A stretch of 32,000 nt of DNA from Nitrosospira multiformis ATCC 25196 (lineage in GTDB: Bacteria; Pseudomonadota; Gammaproteobacteria; Burkholderiales; Nitrosomonadaceae): contig NC_007614.1 of the NCBI RefSeq assembly GCF_000196355.1, positions 1,920,001 to 1,952,000 of the forward strand, in the 5' to 3' direction. A model generated the notes under the pieces. It ran no database searches, was not told the DNA's origin, and worked only from the letters and a program-made list of their open reading frames with translations. Positions 1 to 8,942 of this stretch are shown piece after piece. Numbering within the stretch: the first letter of the stretch is position 1; each line of letters starts with the position of its first letter. A program made the translations under genes and the position numbers.

Positions 1-151
1 GTATCAAGTCCACAGATTCGCTACCTAATTCATGCGCCAGCAACGCCGCCCGTGCCGCCGCCCAACTCGCAAGCGGGGACATGTCGGTACCGACTACTAT
101 TCGCTTTATAGGCAACATAAAGGGGTTTTCCTTCAAAGGTTTCTAAGCATG

Positions 152-1846
152 TCAGCTTACATAAAAATTCCGCATCATGCCCAGATCTTCATGCTCCAGA
201 TTGTGGCAGTGATAGAGAAACAGGCCGGTGTAATCCTCGAACGGTTTGATCACATCAATTTCCTCGTTCGGCATGACCAACACAGTATCTTTCCAGCCGC
301 TGTTAATGAAACCTTCGCGGACACTGGCATAGCTATCCGTGTCTGCGCCCTTTAATCTACGTGAAATGATCCGGAACTGTTGACCGTGCATATGGATGGG
401 ATGCGGCAACATCATCATGCCCATGCCGCCCATTCCCCCTCTCATTCCACGACCCCCTCCTCCCATGCCGCCCATTCCATCCCGCCCACCCATCATCGAC
501 CCATGCTCGTTGGTTATACGGACCTTTCGGATGGTATTGAGCGGGATGCGTTCGATATCCATTGCTTCATGCATTTCGAAAGACGCGCCGTTTAAGAGGG
601 GCGACATATGCTCCATGGAGGCGGCGATTGGTACAGGCTGATCCGGATTTGCAATATCGCTTTCTGGCAGATTGCGCATCCTGACCAGCCTCTCCGGCAG
701 CCGGGGAGACTCGCTGACTTTTTCAACAACGCTGAATTTCACAATCGGAAAGTCTTCACCTTGGGCCAGTCTTGCTGTTCCCATGCCCATGCCGCCCCTG
801 CCTCCCATTCTCCCGCGGCCCATGCCACCGTGCATTCCCATGCCGCCACCCATCCCCATTCCCATTCCCATCTGGGGAAAGTCGTATTCGAGGCTCTGCA
901 GCGTCAAATCCGTTCCAGGCTTGCGGCCGCTGAAGTCGACCCAAAGCTCGACCCGCTCTGCAGGTGCCAGTATGATATATGGAAAGGTTTCCGGCGCTTC
1001 CAGCAGGCCTCCGTCGGTGCCGATTGCTGTCAGGGGCATGCCGTCTTCCCATCCCAGCTTGTAAATCCTCGAATTCGAGCCGTTGAAAACGCGTATTCGA
1101 TAAGCGCGGCTTTTTACCGGAATAGTAGCGTTTACCTGCCCGTTAACCAGGATGGTATCTCCCAGGAAACCCGTCATCCGCTCATGCATCCCGAAAATGT
1201 ATTGCAACTGATTTCCCGCGGTGAAGCGACGGTCCTGAATGACGAGGGGAAGATCGTACTCGCCATCGGGCAGATTCAATTTTTGCTCCTGCTCATCCGT
1301 AATCGTGATCAATCCGGCCTGGCCGCGATAGACCTGCGGCCCTGTCATTTCATGCGGGTGTGCGTGATACCAGTTTGTGCCGGCCGGGTTCTTTACCTCG
1401 AACTCGTACACGTACCTTTCACCCGGCTCTATCGCATACATGGGATGTCCATCCATCTTCTGCGGCACGTGCATACCATGCCAATGCATGATCGAGGGTT
1501 CAGGCAATTTGTTGTAGTAAAAAATTCGCACTTTTTGCCCATGGGCAAGGTTCATGATTGGCCCCAGATAGCTTGTGCTCTTCAACAAGGCCGTTTCAGG
1601 CCCTCTCAATACCTTCCCATCGTATTTGAAAACGCTCGTACGGGGACCTGGCAGGATTTGAATCTCCGCTATTTGCGCGATGAACTCAATTTCTACATCC
1701 GGCTTGAAGGCAGAGTTGGGTTTCGTATTCAATATACCCGCGCCCGCGCCATGCTGGCTCCATGCCCACCCTGGAAACATAGCCGAGGCTGCACCCGCCA
1801 AGGCATATTGCATGAATTGGCGTCGCTTATAATCTTGATTTTTCAT
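152..1846 (-). CDS. Multicopper oxidase, TAT-exported, with Met/Gly-rich insertions
   Basis: ORF 152..1882; likely start MKNQDYKRRQFMQYALAG (twin-Arg signal) at 1846. Cu-ligand motifs HWHGMH, WYHAHPHE, HPIHMHGQQF, LYHCHNLEHEDLGMM. Confidence 0.93.
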   Translation of the reverse strand: MKNQDYKRRQFMQYALAGAASAMFPGWAWSQHGAGAGILNTKPNSAFKPDVEIEFIAQIAEIQILPGPRTSVFKYDGKVLRGPETALLKSTSYLGPIMNLAHGQKVRIFYYNKLPEPSIMHWHGMHVPQKMDGHPMYAIEPGERYVYEFEVKNPAGTNWYHAHPHEMTGPQVYRGQAGLITITDEQEQKLNLPDGEYDLPLVIQDRRFTAGNQLQYIFGMHERMTGFLGDTILVNGQVNATIPVKSRAYRIRVFNGSNSRIYKLGWEDGMPLTAIGTDGGLLEAPETFPYIILAPAERVELWVDFSGRKPGTDLTLQSLEYDFPQMGMGMGMGGGMGMHGGMGRGRMGGRGGMGMGTARLAQGEDFPIVKFSVVEKVSESPRLPERLVRMRNLPESDIANPDQPVPIAASMEHMSPLLNGASFEMHEAMDIERIPLNTIRKVRITNEHGSMMGGRDGMGGMGGGGRGMRGGMGGMGMMMLPHPIHMHGQQFRIISRRLKGADTDSYASVREGFINSGWKDTVLVMPNEEIDVIKPFEDYTGLFLYHCHNLEHEDLGMMRNFYVS

Positions 1847-1970
1847 GATTTTCTCCGTTTTTTTCCATGGGACTGGGGACACAAGATTAGTTCCGAGGTG
1901 ATGGCCCTATTCTTCCCGCAGGCAAAGAATAAAAAGACCTTTTTAAGTCGATATTCTGCGGCCGCCCCTG

Positions 1971-2483
1971 TTATTTTTGGTGCATATGGGAGTGGAAATG
2001 GCCTGGAACAGCATGACGCGCATGATCCCTTAGCTGGGCATCAAACCAGTGGTGAATGGCGTCAACCAATTGGGGCGATTCGGTGGAGTAGGCAATTTGC
2101 GCCCCATCAGGCAGTACGGAATACTCGATTTTGATTCGCCCTGATTTGGCTGATTTCAATTCAGCCAGGCCGGGCATGCCCTTGCCGTGAATGCGCTCGG
2201 GCTTTGAGAAATCGCCCCGTTTAAAATCTTCTGAAATCTCGTACAAATGGGCCCGTATCAGCTTGACTTGCTTCACATCCGATTTGTCCTTAACCACCAC
2301 TTGTTGCAAGCCGCCCTGATTTGTCTTGGAAAAAACATGCGTCGTTTTCTCCAAATCGAATGGCATCACATGAGTGCCGCGCTTTGCGACTTCATCAAGC
2401 CGCTTCTCACCCGCCTTTTCCATTGCCTGAGCAGGGGTTGCCGCCAATAGCGCAATTATCATTCTCATGATGGATAGCTTCAT
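1971..2483 (-). CDS. Conserved exported hypothetical protein
   Basis: 170-aa ORF with signal-like N-terminus (MKLSIMRMIIALLAATPAQA) immediately downstream of the multicopper oxidase on the other side of a short gap; His-rich C-terminus (HFHSHMHQK). Confidence 0.7.
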   Translation of the reverse strand: MKLSIMRMIIALLAATPAQAMEKAGEKRLDEVAKRGTHVMPFDLEKTTHVFSKTNQGGLQQVVVKDKSDVKQVKLIRAHLYEISEDFKRGDFSKPERIHGKGMPGLAELKSAKSGRIKIEYSVLPDGAQIAYSTESPQLVDAIHHWFDAQLRDHARHAVPGHFHSHMHQK

Positions 2484-2672
2484 TTCATCCCCTAACCTGA
2501 TTCATGTCCATAAAACTCGGGAACCCTTAGCCTTTGTATAACGAAAACTTCATACTGCAGGGTTGGGTCACATATCCAACACCTTGGGACGACCGGGTTG
2601 GATGAAGGTGAGTGTCCTTAAAGTATAGAAGGCCATGCCTAAATCATCCCGGATTAACCTACTGTTTCATTT

Positions 2673-3503
2673 TCAGCTGCTGATTCCTGTTACAGCCGCT
2701 ATGGCTTTGATCCCCATGCCCGTCGCTACGACCGCGGCAAGAATGGCAAAGCCTTTTTGCAATCCCTGACCTGTGAAGCGGGCCGCGAATGTGCCCGCAG
2801 CCAGCATTGCCACCACCGTGCCTCCTGCAAAGGGCAATGCAATCCGCCAGTTCATACTCCCGGATAATGCCGCTGAAAATGTGCCAGCTGCGGATACCAG
2901 TGCAATGACCGCAAGGGAGGTGGACACGATGCTCCGCATATGAAGACGCGTGGCTTTTTGGAGCGCAGGCACGATGATGAAACCACCCCCGACTCCAAGC
3001 AGACCGGAGAGAAAGCCGGCTGCAACTCCCCATAAGGTCAGTGAGCGGGCGCAACGAGCATCCCATATCAGACGGCCGCTGAAATCGTCGAGCTGGCAAG
3101 GAGTGGCAGGCAAGGAAGCAGTTGCGGCTTTCTCAGAATGATTTCCCAAGCGTCTGAACATGCTGAGGGCGATATAGGCAAGCACCGCGGCAAACAGGAG
3201 GCTCAAGGCTGCGTCAGGTATCTGTCGGGCGATGTATATTCCTCCGGGCGAAGCCAGCGCCCCGGTGAACGCGATGAAACCGGCCGCCCGATACCTTACC
3301 CTTCCCTGTTTCAATGCACGCAGCGCGCCGATGGCGGCCGAGATGCTGATTGCAAACAATGCAATGGGTGCGGCCTCTGCCACTCCCAATTGCAAGCCGA
3401 AAACGAGCAGTGGAACGGCAATGATAGCGCCGCCCGCCCCGGTTAGCCCGAGTATTAGGCCAACCAGGGCGCCAAAAAGGGCGACAACTATTGAGACTGG
3501 CAC
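2673..3503 (-). CDS. TauE/SafE-family sulfite/sulfonate exporter-like membrane protein
   Basis: Multiple TM segments; glycine-rich repeats 'LTGAGGAIIAVPLL' and 'LLGVGGGFIIVPAL' typical of TauE/SafE; 3 nt downstream of the SQR-like gene. Confidence 0.88.
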   Translation of the reverse strand: MPVSIVVALFGALVGLILGLTGAGGAIIAVPLLVFGLQLGVAEAAPIALFAISISAAIGALRALKQGRVRYRAAGFIAFTGALASPGGIYIARQIPDAALSLLFAAVLAYIALSMFRRLGNHSEKAATASLPATPCQLDDFSGRLIWDARCARSLTLWGVAAGFLSGLLGVGGGFIIVPALQKATRLHMRSIVSTSLAVIALVSAAGTFSAALSGSMNWRIALPFAGGTVVAMLAAGTFAARFTGQGLQKGFAILAAVVATGMGIKAIAAVTGISS

Positions 3504-3506
3504 GGC

Positions 3507-4793
3507 TCAGATGGTACTGCCCGGACGGGCGAGCCACTCGCGCCCTTTCAGGAAACCATGCCAGTAAAACCACGGCAGGAACTTCGCCTTGAGCAGCCAG
3601 GCCAGGTAGCGCGGAACTGTCGGATCGAGCCGAAAAGTCGGGAGCAGCTTGCCGCCGAACCCGAACTCGGCAAGAATGACCTTCCCCTTTTCCACGGTAA
3701 GCGGACAGGAGCCGTACCCATCGTACAGTGTGGCCAACTCCCTTCCTTCCCTCGCTGCCAGCAGGTTTTCCGCAACTACAACGATCTGCTTTCTGACAGC
3801 AGCAGCGGTCTTCGCGTTAGGGGCGGAGCACACATCCCCAAGAGAGAAGATATTTGCATAGCGAGAGTGCCGCAGCGTCTTGTGATCAACCTCACACCAT
3901 CCCGTGGGATCTGCCAGGGAGCTTTTGCGCACGAAATCAGGGGCCATCTGGGGCGGCGAGATGTGCAGCATCTCGAAGGGCTTTGCCACCCGCTCGATGC
4001 TTCCATCGGGCTGACGGATATCAAACCAGGCAGTCCTGTTTGGCCCATCCACCTTGACGAGGTTGGAGTTGAATACGAGATTTGCGTTATAGCGCTTCAC
4101 GTACTCCATTAGTGGCGGAACGAAAGCCGCCACACCGAACAGCACAGGCGCGGCGCTGTTGAACTCGACGCTGATATTGTCGAGCACTCCTTCCCGCAAC
4201 CAGTGATCGCATGACAGGTACATTGCCTTTTGCGGGGCGCCCGCGCACTTGATCGGCATCGGCGGCTGGGTAAAAATAGCCCTGCCGCCCTTGAATTCCT
4301 TTACCAGAGACCAGGTATACGGCGCCAGACCGAATCTGTAATTGGATGTGACGCCGTTTTTCCCCAGCGTATCCTCCAACCCCTCGATCTGCTCCCACGC
4401 CAGGCGCAGGCCCGGGCACACCACCAGTTGCCTGTAGCCGACAGAACGGCCGCCCACCAGATGAACAAGATTGGAATCCGGATCAAAGCCATTCGCTGTA
4501 GCCTGGATCCAGGTAGCTCCGGGCGGAATGACGCTGTCCATCGGCTGCACCGTTTTTGCGATGTCGTACGCGCCTCCCCCCACGAGCGTCCAGGCTGGCT
4601 GATAGTAGTGCCGGTCACCGGGCTCGATGATTGCGATGCGCAGGGAAGGCTGACGTCGAAGCAGGCTCGCTGTAACCCCTATGCCTGCCGCGCCTCCTCC
4701 AATCACAACGACATCAAAGTCTCCGCTCCAGTTACAAGCGGCATCGATCGGGGGTGTGGATACTGCGTTGTTCCGAATACGCTCGTTCATCAC
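3507..4793 (-). CDS. FAD/NAD(P)-dependent oxidoreductase, sulfide:quinone oxidoreductase-like
   Basis: N-terminal 'FDVVVIGGGAAGIGVTASLLRR' dinucleotide-binding motif, 'YYQPAWTLVGGG' and C-terminal 'KAKFLPWFYWHGFLKGREW' typical of SQR-like flavoproteins. Confidence 0.88.
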   Translation of the reverse strand: MMNERIRNNAVSTPPIDAACNWSGDFDVVVIGGGAAGIGVTASLLRRQPSLRIAIIEPGDRHYYQPAWTLVGGGAYDIAKTVQPMDSVIPPGATWIQATANGFDPDSNLVHLVGGRSVGYRQLVVCPGLRLAWEQIEGLEDTLGKNGVTSNYRFGLAPYTWSLVKEFKGGRAIFTQPPMPIKCAGAPQKAMYLSCDHWLREGVLDNISVEFNSAAPVLFGVAAFVPPLMEYVKRYNANLVFNSNLVKVDGPNRTAWFDIRQPDGSIERVAKPFEMLHISPPQMAPDFVRKSSLADPTGWCEVDHKTLRHSRYANIFSLGDVCSAPNAKTAAAVRKQIVVVAENLLAAREGRELATLYDGYGSCPLTVEKGKVILAEFGFGGKLLPTFRLDPTVPRYLAWLLKAKFLPWFYWHGFLKGREWLARPGSTI

Positions 4794-4882
4794 TTAATCC
4801 TCCTTCTTTCAATTGTTCCTGCTCCACCCGCGGCCCAGGGTAGGCCATGCATATTGTTTGCAATCGGGTACAGCGTGAATAA

Positions 4883-5224
4883 TCAGCTCTTGTGGGGGGT
4901 ATTACCCCCGCCTCCGCAATAAATGCTGTACAGGGTTTCCATAATCCTGACCACATCAGGATTCGCAAGGCTGTAAATGATGTACTTGCCCTTACGCTCG
5001 GTCGCGACGAGGCCTTCCTCGCGCAGTACGGTCAGCTGCTGGGAAAGGGTGGGCTGACGGATTCCCAGATCTTTTTCCAGTTCGCCAACGCTGCTGGGAC
5101 CATTGATCAGCTGGCACAGGATGAGAAGCCGGTCTTCATTCGCCAATATCTTGAGCATGGTGCAGGCGGCTAACGCGGCAGCGCGCATGCTGATCATGTC
5201 CGGGAAATCGTGTACTTTATTCAT
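4883..5224 (-). CDS. ArsR-family transcriptional regulator, BigR/SqrR-like
   Basis: wHTH: 'LKILANEDRLLILCQLINGPSSVGELEKDLGIRQPTLSQQLTVLREEGLVATERKGKYIIYSL'. ORF to 5254; start MNKVHD at 5224 with 8-nt overlap with the upstream gene. Confidence 0.9.
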   Translation of the reverse strand: MNKVHDFPDMISMRAAALAACTMLKILANEDRLLILCQLINGPSSVGELEKDLGIRQPTLSQQLTVLREEGLVATERKGKYIIYSLANPDVVRIMETLYSIYCGGGGNTPHKS

Positions 5225-5723
5225 TACCGGTCTTTCTCCGGGCCCGCGAATCATCTGGACGGTCTACCGGTTGAGCATCTCCTGTTTGCACAGGCCCGGA
5301 TCGACGCCCCGCTCTGCCTTTCTCCAGCATTGCGAAAACACCCATCCCCAGCAACATGGCGCCTACAAAGACCATACCCTTGGCACTTCCGCTTCCGAGT
5401 AACACCAGGGCAGGACCAGGACAAATGCCAGCCATTCCCCAGCCAATGCCAAATGCAAGGCTGCCCAGGACAAGTCTCTTGTCGATCAACCGCGAAGCGG
5501 GAATTTGCATCTTTGCACCGAGATAGCTGCGATCGCGCCTCCGAGCAGCCGTAAATGCCAGCGAAGCAACTCCTGCCGCTCCTGCCATGACCAGTGCAAG
5601 AGAGGGATCCCATGCGCCGGCAACATCGAGGAACGCCAGAACCTTTGCAGGATTGGCCATCCCGCCAAGAATCAGTCCCAGGCCAAAGATCAGGCCGGAC
5701 AGCAACGCTATCAGATTGGTCAT
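5217..5723 (-). CDS. YeeE/YedE-family (DUF6691-like) membrane protein
   Basis: '[40 protein letters not shown]' and '[16 protein letters not shown]'; likely start [10 protein letters not shown] at 5723 with RBS AAGGAAG. Confidence 0.88.
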   Translation of the reverse strand: [168 protein letters not shown]

Positions 5724-5736
5724 CCAGTTTCTTCCT

Positions 5737-6170
5737 TTATGATTGAAATACATGCCGAGTGAGGTAGACCGTGAGCATGCCTATGCTCATGAAAATGAGT
5801 GTTGCTACAACTGAGCGTGGCGATCCCCTCGATATCCCGCAGACTCCGTGACCGCTCGTGCAACCGGAACCATAGCGGGTGCCGATTCCGACAATCAGTC
5901 CCGCCGCTGCCAGCACGGCATAGCTGGCGTCAATCCGGATCAGGGGCAACTCCTGGAAAAACTGCCAGGCCAGGGGTGCGGCAACAAGGCCGGAAACAAA
6001 GGCCACACGCCACCCTAGGTCACCCTTGGCGCGAGTGAACATCCCTCCGACGATGCCGGAAATTCCGGCGATCCTTCCATTGAAAAGAACTAGCAGGGCA
6101 GCAGCGAGGCCGATCATCGCGCCGCCCACGAGTGCAGACCACGGGGTAAACTGATTCCAGTCAATGAACA
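5737..6170 (-). CDS. YeeE/YedE-family transporter component
   Basis: 'ALVGGAMIGLAAALLVLFNGRIAGISGI' and 'GTRYGSGCTSGHGVCGISRGSPRSVVATLIFM'; likely start MFIDWNQF at 6170 (ORF track extends to 6252 via TTG). Confidence 0.88.
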
Positions 6171-6240
6171 TGGATACTTCCTCCCAGCGAGATTCGATGA
6201 CGTATAAAAGCGCAACATGACTCCATGCCGTTAATAGACT

Positions 6241-6292
6241 ATCTATTTTCAAATAGATTCAAAATATATATTATATTTATATATATAATATA
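6241..6292. promoter_or_regulatory. Candidate operator/promoter region between divergent yeeE and MBL genes
   Basis: Two inverted repeats: ATCTATTT-tc-AAATAGAT (6241-6258) and TATATTATAT-tttata-ATATAATATA (6267-6276/6283-6292) in a very AT-rich intergenic gap. Confidence 0.6.
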
Positions 6293-6343
6293 ATTAAGAG
6301 CTTTTTAAACCTGTTTGACTTGACCAACTTTAGGGAAATCGAG

Positions 6344-7204
6344 ATGAAACCGTACATTGAGGCATTCTTTGATCCGGCAACATGGACGATAAGCTATGTC
6401 GTTTATGACGAGCCTGGTGGCAGTTGCGCGATTATCGATCCCGTGCTGGATTACGACCCGAAATCAGGCAGGACACGAACGATATCAGCAGACAGGATAA
6501 TCGCCTTCGTCAACGAAAAGCGATTGAGGACAGAATGGATTCTGGAAACGCACGCACACGCCGACCATCTGACCTCTGCGAACTATCTCAAGAACAAGCT
6601 GGGCGGCAAAACTGCAATCGGGAAGGAAATTCCTGCGGTCCAAGAAACTTTCAAGAAGATTTTCAACTTGGGAACCGATTTCATACCCGACGGACGTCAT
6701 TTCGATCAGTTGCTCGCGGATGGCGAAACGTTCCGTATCGGGAAGGTGACGGCAACTGCAATATCAACGCCCGGTCACACTCCCGCAGACCTCTCCTATC
6801 AGATCGGTGAGGCGATCTTCGTGGGCGATACGCTTTTCATGCCCGATCTCGGGACTGCGCGTGCTGATTTCCCCGGCGGGGATGCCCGACGTCTATTCCG
6901 GTCGATACACAAGCTTCTGGCTTATCCAGCGGAAACACGGCTATTCCTTTGCCATGACTACGCTCCCGCAAGCCGCTCCACCCGGTGGGAGACAACGGTG
7001 GCTGAGCAGCGCGCTCATAACATTCATGTGCATGATGGTATCGATGAACACGAGTACGTAGCCATGCGGCAAGCGCGGGATGCTACGCTCGACATGCCCC
7101 ATCTCCTGCTACCATCGATTCAAGTAAACGTGCGAGCGGGGCAAATGCCGCCTCCCGAAGATAACGGGATCTCGTACCTGAAAATACCGCTGAATGTTAT
7201 CTGA
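6344..7204 (+). CDS. MBL-fold hydrolase, persulfide dioxygenase (Blh/ETHE1)-like
   Basis: THAHADH metal-binding motif, 'GHTPADLSYQIGEAIFVGDTLFMPDLGTARADFPGGDARRLFRSI', 'LFLCHDYAP'; start MKPYIEAFFDPAT at 6344. Confidence 0.92.
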   Translation: MKPYIEAFFDPATWTISYVVYDEPGGSCAIIDPVLDYDPKSGRTRTISADRIIAFVNEKRLRTEWILETHAHADHLTSANYLKNKLGGKTAIGKEIPAVQETFKKIFNLGTDFIPDGRHFDQLLADGETFRIGKVTATAISTPGHTPADLSYQIGEAIFVGDTLFMPDLGTARADFPGGDARRLFRSIHKLLAYPAETRLFLCHDYAPASRSTRWETTVAEQRAHNIHVHDGIDEHEYVAMRQARDATLDMPHLLLPSIQVNVRAGQMPPPEDNGISYLKIPLNVI

Positions 7205-7593
7205 AACGCTGAAAAGCAGTGATCGTTGGATCAGAAAAGCAAGATCCTGGTCCCTGTGATGGAACCCGTGTGTGTCGAGGAACAACACCGCTCCAATAAC
7301 TTCACGGATTGCGGCACACTCGGTGGAGCAAACAGCTGGCCCAACACCATCATCACCGACCGACCGCCGCTCTCCAAACTATATGGATGATTCTGCTCCC
7401 TAAGAAGAACTGGTATGTCGAAATGAGGGACGGGTCTAAGCTTGATCTGGCTGTCAGGCTGAAGTGGTCCAACGCCACTGCAACCGGGATTAATAACATT
7501 GGTCGGGTTATTGCGATCGCCGTGGTCCCGGAATTCACGCGGTGCGGCAGAGTTGATTGCTGCATAGGAGGTCACCATTAGGCTCAGGACTCA

Positions 7594-7968
7594 TTAATTG
7601 AGATAGAAGATGACAGTTGCGGCGATACAGATGGCAGAGAAGAAGGTATGGGCACAGCGGTCGTAACGCATGGCGATCCTGCGCCAGTCCTTGAGCCGAG
7701 CGAACATGTTCTCGATCCTGTGCCTTTGCCTGTAGAGGGTCTTGTCGTATTTGATCTGGATTTTGCGATTCCTTTTTGTCGGTATGCAGGGCGTCATGCC
7801 TTTGGCACGCAACGCTGCCCGGAACCAGGCAGCGTCATAGCCGCGGTCTGCAATCAGGGTTTTGGCTTTGGGCAATGACGGCAGCAGCACACGTGCTCCC
7901 TTGTAATCGCTCATCTGCCCTTCGGACAGGAGCATGGCCACAGGCTTGCCCTGACCGTCGCAGACCAC
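7594..7968 (-). CDS. IS5-family transposase, ORF B (expressed by frameshift from ORF A)
   Basis: 'LIADRGYDAAWFRAALRAKGMTPCIPTKRNRK...YRQRHRIENMFARLKDWRRIAMRYDRCAHTFFSAICIAATVIFYL' continues ORF A in the -1 frame from AAAAAAGG (complement of 8026-8031). Confidence 0.9.
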   Translation of the reverse strand: MVCDGQGKPVAMLLSEGQMSDYKGARVLLPSLPKAKTLIADRGYDAAWFRAALRAKGMTPCIPTKRNRKIQIKYDKTLYRQRHRIENMFARLKDWRRIAMRYDRCAHTFFSAICIAATVIFYLN

Positions 7969-7982
7969 ATGAAGCTTCGAGT

Positions 7983-8351
7983 TCAGGCCGCCCTTTGTGC
8001 GACCGATACGGCGGGGAACATCCCCTTTTTTAGCAGGCTGGCTGCCGTGCGGTGGGCCTTCAGATGCGTGGCGTCGATCATCAGCCTCTCGGGCGTTTCC
8101 TCTTTACCGGTCAGTTCCACAAAGATGCGGTTGAACACGCCCAGTCGGCTCCAGCGCACGAAACGGTTATACAGTGTCTTGTGCGGCCCGTATTCCCTGG
8201 GGGCATCCTTCCATTGCAGGCCATTCCGAATGACGTAGATGATCCCGCTGATCACCCGCAGATCATCAACACGGGGAACTCCGTGGGACAAGGGAAAATA
8301 AGGTTTTATACGGTTGAACTGTGTTTCCGACAGGTAAAACAAATCTCTCAT
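7983..8351 (-). CDS. IS5-family transposase, ORF A
   Basis: 'FNRIKPYFPLSHGVPRVDDLRVISGIIYVIRNGLQWKDAPREYGPHKTLYNRFVRWSRLGVF...MIDATHLKAHRTAAS'. Confidence 0.9.
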   Translation of the reverse strand: MRDLFYLSETQFNRIKPYFPLSHGVPRVDDLRVISGIIYVIRNGLQWKDAPREYGPHKTLYNRFVRWSRLGVFNRIFVELTGKEETPERLMIDATHLKAHRTAASLLKKGMFPAVSVAQRAA

Positions 8352-8942
8352 GGCAGCACCTCCGCCATAAGTGAATCACATTTGATCCTATTCGTGAATC
8401 ATGAAATTAATAGGTCCTGAACCTAAGTCAGAGGCCACAGTAGTTGCGTTTATGCTCGCAGGGATTTCGGAGCTGGTTTGCACCCCATAATGCAACTCAT
8501 CATATTTGCCGGGCAATGATCGAATCCGTGACTTTTGCATGCGCAAAATGAATTCTGAGTCTCATCGTACGGCGTCAGTTCCAATTGCTGCCTCTTCTTC
8601 AAGCCATGTCGCCTTTCAACTATTCCCCTTTTTAATACCGCTAATATTGAAACGACATTAATTGAATCGGTTCGATTAACCATAAAGTGGGCCAATTGAT
8701 TTGGCTGAAAATGGAGACCAGAGGAATCGGCTATGCATGCCAAGAATATTTAAAAACGAGCAAAATGTTTCATTGCATTATTTACTTGAGCAAATCTTCC
8801 CTGCAATCATGGGCAAGCATCCGTCGCATCGTAAAACTGCTTACTTTTTAATACTTTTTTCTTGTATTTCTTCCTGTTTTTTATACTTTTTCAACTTTTC
8901 TTTCACAATTTCTGAACTTATACTTCACTCTAACTTCACAGT

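Larger units (their letters stand above)
7581..8423 (-). mobile_element. IS5-family (IS427-group-like) insertion sequence, apparently intact, 843 bp
   Basis: Imperfect terminal inverted repeats GGCTCAGGACTCATTAATT (7581-7599) and GGTTCAGGACCTATTAATT (reverse complement of 8405-8423) flanked by TA on each side; two overlapping transposase frames. Confidence 0.85.

Noticed and set aside
608-2134. Long plus-strand 508-aa ORF
   Set aside because: Antisense shadow of the well-supported multicopper oxidase; composition is low-plausibility (His/Arg/Cys rich).
8450-8743. 97-aa minus ORF after the IS5 element
   Set aside because: No RBS, motif or credible composition; region appears non-coding.
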